Assembly: GCF_001017655.1 (NCBI RefSeq)
Contig: NZ_CP010904.1
Coordinates: 1,110,001 to 1,142,000, forward strand
DNA length: 32,000 nt
Reading direction: 5' to 3'
DNA from: Kiritimatiella glycovorans
Lineage (GTDB): Bacteria; Verrucomicrobiota; Kiritimatiellia; Kiritimatiellales; Kiritimatiellaceae
The notes under the pieces are model-generated. The model did not search any database. It worked only from the letters and a program-made list of their open reading frames with translations, and was not told the origin of the DNA. The translations under genes were made by a program, and so were the position numbers. Positions 24,733 to 32,000 of this stretch are shown here, one piece after another (the first letter of the stretch is position 1; each line of letters opens with the position of its first letter).

Positions 24733-25908
24733 TCATGATCCAGCCCCCGGCAGTTCGGTACCCTCATTGAGAATCGTGATGTAGTCAACGTAACTGAAGA
24801 CCCGATCGCGCTTGCGGCCCGTGATCTCGCTCGCCAGACCCATTTCGCAGAGCCGATCCAGTGTCTTGTTCACCGTGACGTGACTCAGCCCGGTTTCGGC
24901 TTCAATGGCCCGCGAGGTCGTTAGGGGGCGACGCAGTAGCTCGTGATGTACCCGCAGTGCGGACCCTGCCGCCCGGCCCAGCGCCTGGATCCGGTCGCGA
25001 TCCCGACCGGCCATGGTTTCCAGGCGCTGCACGGTGTCCACTGCCTGGCCGGCGGTGGTTGTCACGGCCTCAGCAAAGAACTCCAGCCATGCCTCCCAGT
25101 CGCCGTCACTACGAACCCGGTTCAGCAGGTCGTAGTAGGTGCCGCGATGGGTCTTGAAAAAGAGACTGAGGTACAGCATCGGTTCACGAAGTACCCCCCG
25201 CTCGCACAGCAGCAATGCCACCATAAGCCGGCCCAGGCGTCCGTTGCCGTCAAGGAACGGGTGAATAGTCTCGAACTGAACATGGGCGAGAGCTGCCTTG
25301 AGCAATGGTGGTGTCGGCTCGGGTTCATCATGCAGAAACAACTCGAGCGCGCCCATGCACTCCATGACCCGCTCAGGAGGCGGTGGCACAAAGACGGCGT
25401 TACCGGGGCGCGTCCCGCCAATCCAGTTCTGGCTCCGCCGGAACTCGCCGGGGGTTTTGCCGCTGCCCCGCCCATGCGCGAGCAGGCGCTTGTGAATGTC
25501 CCGGAGCAATCGCAGCGACATGGGGAAGTCGCCGCGAATACGCTTGAGACCATAGCCCATCGCCGACACGTAGTTGCTGACTTCCTGTACGTCGTCGAGC
25601 GGGACGCCCGGCTCTTCCTCCAGCTCGAAAAGCAGCAGGTCTGACAGGGAAGACCGGGTGCCTTCGATCATCGAAGAGAGCACCGCCTCTTTGCGTACGC
25701 AGGTATAGAGGAACAAGGAGACGTCGGGCAGAAACGTCGTCACGCTGTCCAGGCGGCCCAGGGCAAGAAGTGCCTCATCAAAGCGGGCCCGAAGCCCGGC
25801 CGTCCAGTCGACAGGCGGAGAGGGAGGCAATGGAGCCGGAACAAACGCCCGCACCTTCTCTCCGGCTGTGGATACGGCCTCGTATTTCCCTTGTAGCGAT
25901 CGTTTCAT
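24733..25908 (-). CDS. Fic family protein (AMPylase-type, with N-terminal inhibitory motif and C-terminal wHTH)
   Basis: Fic core HPFLDGNGRLGR. The upstream SSMIEG matches the (S/T)xxxE(G/N) auto-inhibition motif. The first ATG is at 25908 (MKRSLQGKYE); the track start at 25935 is a TTG. Confidence 0.9.
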   Translation of the reverse strand: MKRSLQGKYEAVSTAGEKVRAFVPAPLPPSPPVDWTAGLRARFDEALLALGRLDSVTTFLPDVSLFLYTCVRKEAVLSSMIEGTRSSLSDLLLFELEEEPGVPLDDVQEVSNYVSAMGYGLKRIRGDFPMSLRLLRDIHKRLLAHGRGSGKTPGEFRRSQNWIGGTRPGNAVFVPPPPERVMECMGALELFLHDEPEPTPPLLKAALAHVQFETIHPFLDGNGRLGRLMVALLLCERGVLREPMLYLSLFFKTHRGTYYDLLNRVRSDGDWEAWLEFFAEAVTTTAGQAVDTVQRLETMAGRDRDRIQALGRAAGSALRVHHELLRRPLTTSRAIEAETGLSHVTVNKTLDRLCEMGLASEITGRKRDRVFSYVDYITILNEGTELPGAGS

Positions 25909-26222
25909 GGTTGCCTTACATAGCACACGACGCAATGTAACTTTTCGGCGCGAACGCTACATTCTTCCGTGCGGCATGTCAACTTGAGATTCATGGGATG
26001 CGGAGACTGGAGAAGGAATGGCGGGAATGCTGAGCGGAAGTGGCTACGGATGCAAGCACTCAGAACCCCAGGATGTCAAGGCACCACTCATGTCTGGTTT
26101 TTTTTCGCCATCGAGTGTGCAACGCACTGCACAGCAGTGTCTTAAGGAATGGAGTGGTCAAATGATATGGCCGGATATGGCCACTTGTTTGGCCACATTC
26201 TGGCCGTACGCGAGGCAGCTCG

Positions 26223-26744
26223 TCAATCCAGTTCGATGACCCCGGCAATGAGCTTCCAGCAGGGCGGACTCCCCTCCCAGCCGTCAAACGCTTTTGGGAG
26301 CGTCATGCTCATCGTCAAGAGGCAGTTTCGGGACGGCTCGTGGCCTTCGTTCAGCTTGTTGAAGAAGACTGGATCGGTGATGCCAACTTCGATCTCCCTT
26401 CCCGCTGACCGGAGAAGTCCCTTCCAACTCGGCTTGTCTGTCTCATTCGCCCGCGTGTCTCGGACGCGGAAATCGCGCACGTGGATCAGCTGCAGCGTGA
26501 TGCGTTCCTGGAACGGCTTCGCCTGCATCTCCTCCAGCGTACAGAACTTCTTATGGTTGTGGAGAATGACGCGTGGCCGTTGCGCGTACTTCATGACGTC
26601 CTGTGGGGTAGCCTTCCCCGCGAGATTCCACTCACCCTTCAGGATGGTGCGATTCTCGGATTCGAATTCAAAGTCGGGACCCGTATCTGAGAGCGGAATC
26701 TCGATGATATCAAGAATCTCGGGGAAATGTCCGCCAAGGTGCAT
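26223..26744 (-). CDS. Hypothetical protein, possibly an N-terminally truncated dual-OB-fold family protein
   Basis: A 173-aa ORF with ATG at 26744. The end ...CLLTMSMTLPKAFDGWEGSPPCWKLIAGVIELD and the start ILDIIEIPL remind me of proteins annotated as dual OB domain-containing. This is recognition from memory only. It overlaps the DUF488 ORF tail by 106 nt in another frame. Confidence 0.4.
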   Translation of the reverse strand: MHLGGHFPEILDIIEIPLSDTGPDFEFESENRTILKGEWNLAGKATPQDVMKYAQRPRVILHNHKKFCTLEEMQAKPFQERITLQLIHVRDFRVRDTRANETDKPSWKGLLRSAGREIEVGITDPVFFNKLNEGHEPSRNCLLTMSMTLPKAFDGWEGSPPCWKLIAGVIELD

Positions 26745-27334
26745 GTTCCCTTCCGATATGCGATCTTCTCTGCTTGCCTGTCGTAGGCCTTCTCAACGAG
26801 GCCGGTCGCACTGCTCAAATCTCCGAAAAGTTCCGGCTCGAGCTTGAACTGCTTGACAAGACGGTCCTCGACGTCAGCCTGGGTCTCCGTGCTTCCATCA
26901 CCCAGAACATGCACAATCTCGATGTCTGGCCGCGTGCGCCTCAATTCTCGGGAGATGAGAATCGTGCGGTGACACGTGACGGGATCGGCTTCGGAACACA
27001 TCAGCGCAATCACGTATTCGTCCAAGCCGCGGATCAGCCGGTCAAGACCCTGACGAAAGAGCGGCAGATCCTTGATTCTTGCGTAGCGCGCCTGATCGCC
27101 TTCGTAGCAGCTGCTCTCAGAGCGGCGCGCTCCCAGCTCGCGGCCAAGGAACACGTACTGAATATTGGCCTCTTCGAGCGCCCTCTGTAGGGCCTCCTTG
27201 TTGAACTGCGGCACGAATCGACTGTAAGGACTCGACCTGACATCGGCTACGGCTGACACGCCATGCCGGTGAAGAAGTCCAATGAAGTCCTCCGTTGTAT
27301 GGTCAGAGTGCCCTATGGTGTACAGCCTGTTCAT
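26639..27334 (-). CDS. DUF488 family protein
   Basis: ATG 27334 (MNRLYTIGHSDHT). The motifs VADVRSSPYSRFVPQFN, YVFLGRELG and ALMCSEADPVTCHR are typical of DUF488. Family-like sequence ends near 26750 (..AEKIAYRKG), so the last 35 codons, down to the stop at 26639, are unsupported. Confidence 0.78.
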   Translation of the reverse strand: MNRLYTIGHSDHTTEDFIGLLHRHGVSAVADVRSSPYSRFVPQFNKEALQRALEEANIQYVFLGRELGARRSESSCYEGDQARYARIKDLPLFRQGLDRLIRGLDEYVIALMCSEADPVTCHRTILISRELRRTRPDIEIVHVLGDGSTETQADVEDRLVKQFKLEPELFGDLSSATGLVEKAYDRQAEKIAYRKGTCTLADISPRFLISSRFRSQIRVPTLNSNPRIAPS

Positions 27335-27490
27335 CGCCCCACGTCCGGCAGCCTTTGTCCTCAGATTCGGGTTCGATACCACCAACATCAGACTACCTCA
27401 ATGGGCTGGATTGGACAAGCATGGCCTGCCGGACACTGCGATTCAGACAGTGGGGAGGGTGCGTCGGTTTTCGTGGCCCCTCGGCCGCGT

Positions 27491-27975
27491 TCAGCATGGC
27501 CATGCGGCCGGGGCCCTGTGTTTGAGGTCGACGGCAAGCGCGCTGTTCTCCTCTACGATGCGGTCCGTATATACGATGACGTAATCGGAGGTGGGTACGA
27601 GTTCCTCCCGCATGCGGCTCTTGCTGGCCTTGTTCAGTTCCTTACGTGCCTGACGCAGGATCTGCTGTTGCAGCAGCGAGTAGGTCAATGCCGTGAAGAT
27701 GATCTGATTGACGACGAGTTCAAAGCATGGCGAGGTGAAGTCGGCCAGATCTCAGAAGCATTTCAGATGGCGATGCCGCGCTTCGATTCCCACGCGGATG
27801 TGGTAGCGCTTGAGAGCCGGGGCCGCATGCTGCTCGTCGCCGGCGGTGGACAGAATGCCTCAACATTCTTCCGAGGTCTGGTCCTCGGGGCTGCGACACA
27901 CGACCAGGTCCAGCGGAACCGAGCAACTGGACCACGTCGTCAACTCCTTGATGCGGGCGGCCATGATCTGTCCAG
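27491..27975 (-). pseudogene. IS4-family transposase remnant (C-terminal third only, two in-frame TGA stops)
   Basis: A single minus-strand frame reads ..IKELTTWSSCSVPLDLVVCRSPEDQTSEEC*GILSTAGDEQHAAPALKRYHIRVGIEARHRHLKCF*DLADFTSPCFELVVNQIIFTALTYSLLQQQ... The segment YHIRVGIEARHRHLK fits the IS4 Y-(2)-R-(3)-E-(6)-K signature. The in-frame stops are at 27860-27862 and 27752-27754. The N-terminal two thirds are absent. Confidence 0.7.
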
Positions 27976-28020
27976 GTTCTTTCTGAGGCGGCAACTCGCC
28001 GGCCGCCCGCTTGGCGGCCA

Positions 28021-28079
28021 GCTCCGAAGGAGCGAAGGATTTTCCTGGCGTGCCAGCCGAAGCTCCGAAGGAGCGAAGG
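28021..28079. repeat. Two 18-nt direct repeats (small hairpins) abutting the 3' end of tRNA-Val
   Basis: gctccgaaggagcgaagg occurs at 28021-28038 and 28062-28079, a period of 41. Each contains GCTCC-GAA-GGAGC. Confidence 0.85.
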
Positions 28080-28080
28080 C

Positions 28081-28157
28081 TGGTGGGCGATACTGGACTC
28101 GAACCAGTGACCTCATGCATGTCAAGCATGCGCTCTAACCAGCTGAGCTAATCGCCC
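28081..28157 (-). tRNA. tRNA-Val(GAC): tRNA-Val (anticodon GAC), CCA encoded
   Basis: Minus-strand sequence GGGCGATTAGCTCAGCTGGTTAGAGCGCATGCTTGACATGCATGAGGTCACTGGTTCGAGTCCAGTATCGCCCACCA. It has an acceptor stem GGGCGAT/ATCGCCC, an anticodon stem CATGC/GCATG, an anticodon loop TTGACAT and a T-loop GGTTCGAGTCC. Confidence 0.95.
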
Positions 28158-28734
28158 CCGTATCAACGAGCCTTGATCGGGGCGCAATATATGGGTTCGG
28201 GTTCGCGAAGTCAACACCTGCCCGCCGAATTGAGGACGGACGATCTCACCGCAGCCTGTGCGACAAAGGCCTTCCAGAAAGAGGAACCGCTAATGGACGC
28301 GAATCGACGCAAATATCAGAGGGCAGGGGGGTGATATCGTGTTGTACTTTCGGAGGTAGGCATGGAAGGTGCGCGAACAGTCTCTCCGCGGAGCGTGCGT
28401 GTGTTCAGGTGGGGCTCGCTGATCTGGTGTTGCTGTCGTAGTTGTGCAATTCTTGAAACTGAGTGCCTAATGGTGTATCCGTCCAGCCGTGAGCAGAACT
28501 GGTCGATGGATAGAGCACTGATAGCGCCCGGCGAAGATATGCTGGAGACGTCACAATCATGGCCTATGAGGTCGAAATTCTCTCAGGCGAACTGCGGCTG
28601 ACTGTGCACGACCAGGCGGCTTGGGTTGAGGTTGCCGATCTCCTCGACCGAAACTTGGTACCTGCCGACATCCCATTAGCGAAAGTTCTCCAGTTCGAAG
28701 AAGGTGGTAAAAATGCAAGCGCTGGCGGTGACGA

Positions 28735-30744
28735 ATGAACGTGAGGGGGGGTAATGCGGCGCAACACACCCCTGGCTGTATCGACAGGGCCTTCTACGCC
28801 GACTCGATTTCCGGGTTTCTGGATAAAAGTATGGATACGATTCTCGGCGCGTTGTCCGTCGGGAATTTGACCCAAGAGCAGATCAACGCATGGCGTGGTC
28901 AGGTCGACATCCTCAAGAGTTCACTGTCTGCGCGACCGGGCGGCGTCTTCTTTGAATACGCGATACCCCGAATGGGGAAACGCATTGACACCGTGCTAGT
29001 CATCGGAGGCGTGATCTTTGTCATAGAGTTTAAGGTGGGGTCGACGGCATTTCATGCGGCCGACATCGACCAGGTCTGGGATTACGCGCTGGATCTGAAG
29101 AATTTCCACGAAACAAGCCACGATTGCTATGTCGTTCCGGTTCTGGTTGCGACGGACGCAAAGGGTCCGACTCCTAGCCCCGCGATCAAAGCTGATGATG
29201 ATAGATTGCTGCGCCCCGTGAAAAGCAACGCCTCGTCGCTCAAGGACATCCTTGCGTCGATTACGGTCTCGTTGGAGTCGGACGTCATTACCCCCTCTCA
29301 TTGGGAACAGGGGCGGTATTGTCCCACTCCCACGATCGTTGAGGCAGCCTTGGCACTGTATAAGGGGCATTCGGTTGCCGAGATATCTCGCAGCGATGCT
29401 GGCGCACAGAACCTGCACGAGACCACAGATGCCATCTCACGTGTCATCACGGCCGCAAAAGCTGGCTCTTTCAAAGCGATCTGCTTTGTAACGGGCGTGC
29501 CGGGCGCCGGGAAGACGCTCATCGGTCTAAACATCGCCACCAAGCACCTGAAGAGTTCAGAGGATACGTACAGCGTATTTCTATCCGGCAACGGTCCACT
29601 CGTGAAGGTGCTTCAGGAAGCGCTTGCGCGTGATCGCATCGCCCGTGCTGCAGGCAGGGGCAAAAGGTTGCGCAAAGGGAATGCCTTGAGCGAGGTGAAG
29701 ATGTTCGTTCAGAACGTCCACCATTACCGGGATGCCTACCTTCAGGATCCGGCTGCCCCTGTGGATCATGTGGCTCTTTTCGACGAGGCACAACGCGCCT
29801 GGGACCTGAGCCAGACCGCGAAATTCATGAAGCAAAAGAAAAACATCCCCGACTTTGACCGATCGGAGCCTGAGTTCCTGATATCGTGCATGGATAGGCA
29901 CCAGGACTGGGGCGTGATTGTCTGCCTTGTCGGTGGCGGGCAGGAGATTCACACGGGAGAAGCCGGCATCGGGGAGTGGATTGACGCTCTGCAGCGGTCG
30001 TACCCCGATTGGCGTATCTACATCTCGGATCGGCTCACGGATAGCGAATACGCAGCAGGCCACGCACTCGATACGCTGGCAGATCGCCCGAACGTCGTCC
30101 ACACGCCGGAGTTGCACCTCGGTGTTTCGATGCGCTCTTTCCGTGCGGAAAACGTCTCGCTGCTGGTGAAGCAGATTCTTGACCTCGATGCAGATGGCGC
30201 TCGGGAAACGCTTGCGGCGATCGCCGATAAGTATCCCATCGTCATTACGCGTGATCTTAACAAGGCCAAGCGCTGGGTAAGTTCACATGCACGTGGATCA
30301 GAACGATATGGCTTGGTCGTGTCCTCTCACGCGGAACGCCTGAAACCACATGCGATTGATGTCCGGTCGCCGATGAACCCGATTCACTGGTTTCTGGCAG
30401 GAAAGGATGATGTTCGGTCCTCCTACTACCTGGAAGATGTGGCCACGGAGTTCCATATTCAGGGTTTAGAGCTCGACTGGGCGTGTGTCACGTGGGACGG
30501 GGACTTCAGGCGATCGGAAAATGGCTGGGCGCACCACTCATTCCGAGGAAATCGGTGGGAGCGAATCCGGAAAGAAGACCGGAAGAGGTACCAGAAGAAC
30601 GCTTACCGTGTTCTTCTCACCCGCGCGCGTCAGGGGATGGCGATTGTGGTCCCGCATGGCGATCCTGAGGACCCGACAAGGCGTCCGGAATTCTACGATC
30701 CGACATATGAGTATCTGCGTGATATTGGGTTCAGGGTGATTTGA
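28735..30744 (+). CDS. DUF2075-type protein: N-terminal PD-(D/E)xK-like nuclease domain fused to a P-loop helicase-like NTPase
   Basis: The N-terminus [10 protein letters not shown]...[20 protein letters not shown] shows a D...ExK pattern. Walker A is [13 protein letters not shown] and Walker B is [10 protein letters not shown]. The C-terminal [12 protein letters not shown] is typical of SF1-like and DUF2075 proteins. The start at 28735 is uncertain (GTG at 28741 is an alternative). Confidence 0.78.
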   Translation: MNVRGGNAAQHTPGCIDRAFYADSISGFLDKSMDTILGALSVGNLTQEQINAWRGQVDILKSSLSARPGGVFFEYAIPRMGKRIDTVLVIGGVIFVIEFKVGSTAFHAADIDQVWDYALDLKNFHETSHDCYVVPVLVATDAKGPTPSPAIKADDDRLLRPVKSNASSLKDILASITVSLESDVITPSHWEQGRYCPTPTIVEAALALYKGHSVAEISRSDAGAQNLHETTDAISRVITAAKAGSFKAICFVTGVPGAGKTLIGLNIATKHLKSSEDTYSVFLSGNGPLVKVLQEALARDRIARAAGRGKRLRKGNALSEVKMFVQNVHHYRDAYLQDPAAPVDHVALFDEAQRAWDLSQTAKFMKQKKNIPDFDRSEPEFLISCMDRHQDWGVIVCLVGGGQEIHTGEAGIGEWIDALQRSYPDWRIYISDRLTDSEYAAGHALDTLADRPNVVHTPELHLGVSMRSFRAENVSLLVKQILDLDADGARETLAAIADKYPIVITRDLNKAKRWVSSHARGSERYGLVVSSHAERLKPHAIDVRSPMNPIHWFLAGKDDVRSSYYLEDVATEFHIQGLELDWACVTWDGDFRRSENGWAHHSFRGNRWERIRKEDRKRYQKNAYRVLLTRARQGMAIVVPHGDPEDPTRRPEFYDPTYEYLRDIGFRVI

Positions 30745-30768
30745 GCGGAATGCCGTATTGACTGCTGT

Positions 30769-31653
30769 CTATCGCTGGTTCTCCAGAAGCAGCGCTTCCT
30801 GTTCGAGGCCGTAGCCGGTGGTGTCCATGATCTGAACAAGGCGAGAGACGATGGGGTGTGCTTCGCGGCGTAGTCGAGCCAGTATCGGCTCCGAATCGCG
30901 AAGCAGGGCGCGTTTACCGTAGCGAGCGAACAGCTCATCGATGGACTCAGGCACATGCAGGTCAACGCGGTTACCGAACCTGTTGTATAGTCGCAGGAAT
31001 TCGTCGAGTCCGACGGGGTCGTAGTCGCCGCAGTGCAGGATCGAAGCGCCATTCATTTCGTCGGATGCAAGCCAGCGCTGGACGCGACCGGATAGACGCC
31101 CTCCAGCGTAGAGCGCGACAACTCGGCCGGTATCCAGCTTCTCGAAGTGGAGAAATACCTCCAGATTCTCGACGATGGCGATGCCTGTTTCAATCCGCCA
31201 GTTTTCTTCATCGTCAAGCAGCAAACAGGCGACTCCGGCGGAACGCGTGAGATCGAGCAGATCGACCTGGCTCTCACCGCGCGTGGCCTGGGCGGGTGCG
31301 AGGGCCCGCAGAAGAATGGGCTCCGCCGATGCCGTGCGGGCGCGCTTGGCATCTCGGAGTGTGCCGACGGCTTTGGCGCGCGGCATGATATCCCCGTCTT
31401 TGCAAGCGAGAGGAATGTCGCCATGAGGAAACAGCTTCGCCGTGAACTGATCCAACGCATCACGATCCGTCATCTCGAGAACCATGCCGCGTCCACGTCT
31501 GCGGCGCACCACCGCGCCGGTCTCGAGTAGCGGCCGCAGTTGTCTCTCAGTTCGGGCACTGAGTGCCGAATAGGGGAGGCTGCCCGCTTCAGCCAGTGCC
31601 TTCAATGCACGGTATGTGCCATCAGTGATCAACAGAGGCCTCTCTGTCGACAA
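30769..31653 (-). CDS. JetD-like Toprim (DUF2220-type) protein, unusually short
   Basis: The C-terminal half (IVENLEVFLHF, ALYAGGRLSGRVQRWL, HCGDYDPVGLDEF) fits the E...DxD Toprim pattern of Wadjet JetD / MksG. The N-terminus resembles a winged helix. The start is a TTG (31653 or 31632) and overlaps the stop codon of the upstream ATPase gene. Confidence 0.5.
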   Translation of the reverse strand: MSTERPLLITDGTYRALKALAEAGSLPYSALSARTERQLRPLLETGAVVRRRRGRGMVLEMTDRDALDQFTAKLFPHGDIPLACKDGDIMPRAKAVGTLRDAKRARTASAEPILLRALAPAQATRGESQVDLLDLTRSAGVACLLLDDEENWRIETGIAIVENLEVFLHFEKLDTGRVVALYAGGRLSGRVQRWLASDEMNGASILHCGDYDPVGLDEFLRLYNRFGNRVDLHVPESIDELFARYGKRALLRDSEPILARLRREAHPIVSRLVQIMDTTGYGLEQEALLLENQR

Positions 31654-32000
31654 TCCGCACTAGCGAAGATGCGGGATCGAGCACAACCCGGCCGTTTTCC
31701 TGCTCCGTCATAAAGTAGAGCCGGTCCGCGGCGTCCATCGCATCCGGGCTGGCAAGAACGGCCACGAAGCCCATTTCACGCGCAGCTCGCACCAAAGCGG
31801 CCAGGTTGTCGTTATCCAAGCTCGAACACTCATCCAGATAAAACGGGATGCGTACATTGGCGCCTTCAAGAAGGCCCTGAAGCAGAACAAGGTTGACCAA
31901 CACCTTGATCGTGATCGTGGTGCCGTTGGACTCGATGGCGTCCAGATGGGCATGCTGCTGAACCCGTTCGTCCGGAGTGCCCACCTCAAACTGCAGGTCA
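31622..32000 (-). CDS. C-terminal end of an SMC/MukB-like ATPase (JetC-like), 5' part outside the window
   Basis: The frame is open to the window edge (..DLQFEVGTPDERV..). It contains a signature-like ESNGTT, a Walker B/D-loop IPFYLDECSSLD, and GFVAVLASPD in the position of the MukB/JetC-type terminal motif. Confidence 0.5.
   Translation of the reverse strand, partial: DLQFEVGTPDERVQQHAHLDAIESNGTTITIKVLVNLVLLQGLLEGANVRIPFYLDECSSLDNDNLAALVRAAREMGFVAVLASPDAMDAADRLYFMTEQENGRVVLDPASSLVRIVDREASVDH

Noticed and set aside
24359-24736. The 125-aa ORF starting MIMARNNACGVCGRRGKRDCPAIEGMICPACL, which looks like a zinc ribbon.
   Set aside because: Only the first 32 or so residues look protein-like. 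The rest is a translation of the 45-nt direct repeats (SRALALRALAALLRT occurs twice). A short Cys-rich peptide cannot be excluded, but I cannot support it from sequence alone.
27752-27862. Possible TGA recoding (Sec, Trp or Gly) in the transposase frame.
   Set aside because: TGA is used as an ordinary stop codon by well-supported genes in the window (e.g. 12430-12432, 23935-23937, 19046-19048). The transposase also lacks its N-terminal two thirds, so decay to a pseudogene is the simpler explanation.
27263-28138. The 291-aa plus-strand ORF, together with the 27860-28129 minus-strand ORF.
   Set aside because: Both overlap tRNA-Val and the antisense or sense frame of the IS4 remnant. Only the part of the minus-strand frame downstream of about 27975 has transposase-like sequence.
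28158-28734. A search for an integrase, an att site or a small gene between tRNA-Val and the DUF2075 gene. A minus-strand frame reads ..IDQFCSRLDGYTIRHSVSRIAQLRQQHQ.., which is vaguely HTH-like.
   Set aside because: There is no start codon, no recognisable recombinase motif, and the listed ORFs (28362-28601, 28557-28769, 28564-28875) have no coding-like features. The region is left unannotated.

Overview
High-GC bacterial chromosomal window. The gene content (PEP-CTERM protein, Tat-exported formylglycine-type sulfatase, GH127-like enzyme, beta-helix glycosidases, GPH symporter) suggests a PVC-type glycan degrader such as Kiritimatiellota, Lentisphaerota or Verrucomicrobiota; this taxonomic guess is inference only. 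Layout: (i) 1-1135, the 3' part of a PEP-CTERM repeat protein plus a terminator. (ii) 2299-16540, a plus-strand glycan-utilisation gene string: two URO-D-like genes, a double beta-helix glycosidase, a sulfatase, a GPH symporter, two more beta-helix proteins and a GH127-like enzyme. Its intergenic gaps are filled by an unusual hairpin-repeat family: two 140-bp tandem arrays (1142-2066, 4641-5357), one 78-bp array (14205-14472) and solo copies. (iii) 16553-22765, minus-strand housekeeping genes: a hypothetical protein, tRNA-Tyr and the phoH / 7TM-HD / ybeY / corC operon. (iv) 23165-24276, an HMA lipoprotein plus an outer-membrane barrel. (v) 24733-32000, a visibly less GC-rich accessory region around tRNA-Val. 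It holds Fic, DUF488 with an overlapping OB-like ORF, a decayed IS4 transposase, a DUF2075 nuclease-helicase, and the end of a Wadjet-like (JetC/JetD-like) operon that runs off the window. The best candidates for something undescribed are three. First, the BIME/REPIN-like hairpin arrays, which keep their loops while their stems covary, and two of which bracket a two-gene cassette. Second, the DUF2075 plus short-JetD cluster. Third, the DUF488 / truncated OB-like pair. No CRISPR array, rRNA or intact transposase/integrase was seen. Most ORF-track entries that lie inside the repeats or antisense to the listed genes are GC-driven artefacts. The ORF track also shows non-ATG starts (GTG/TTG) as M, so several starts were re-chosen by hand.
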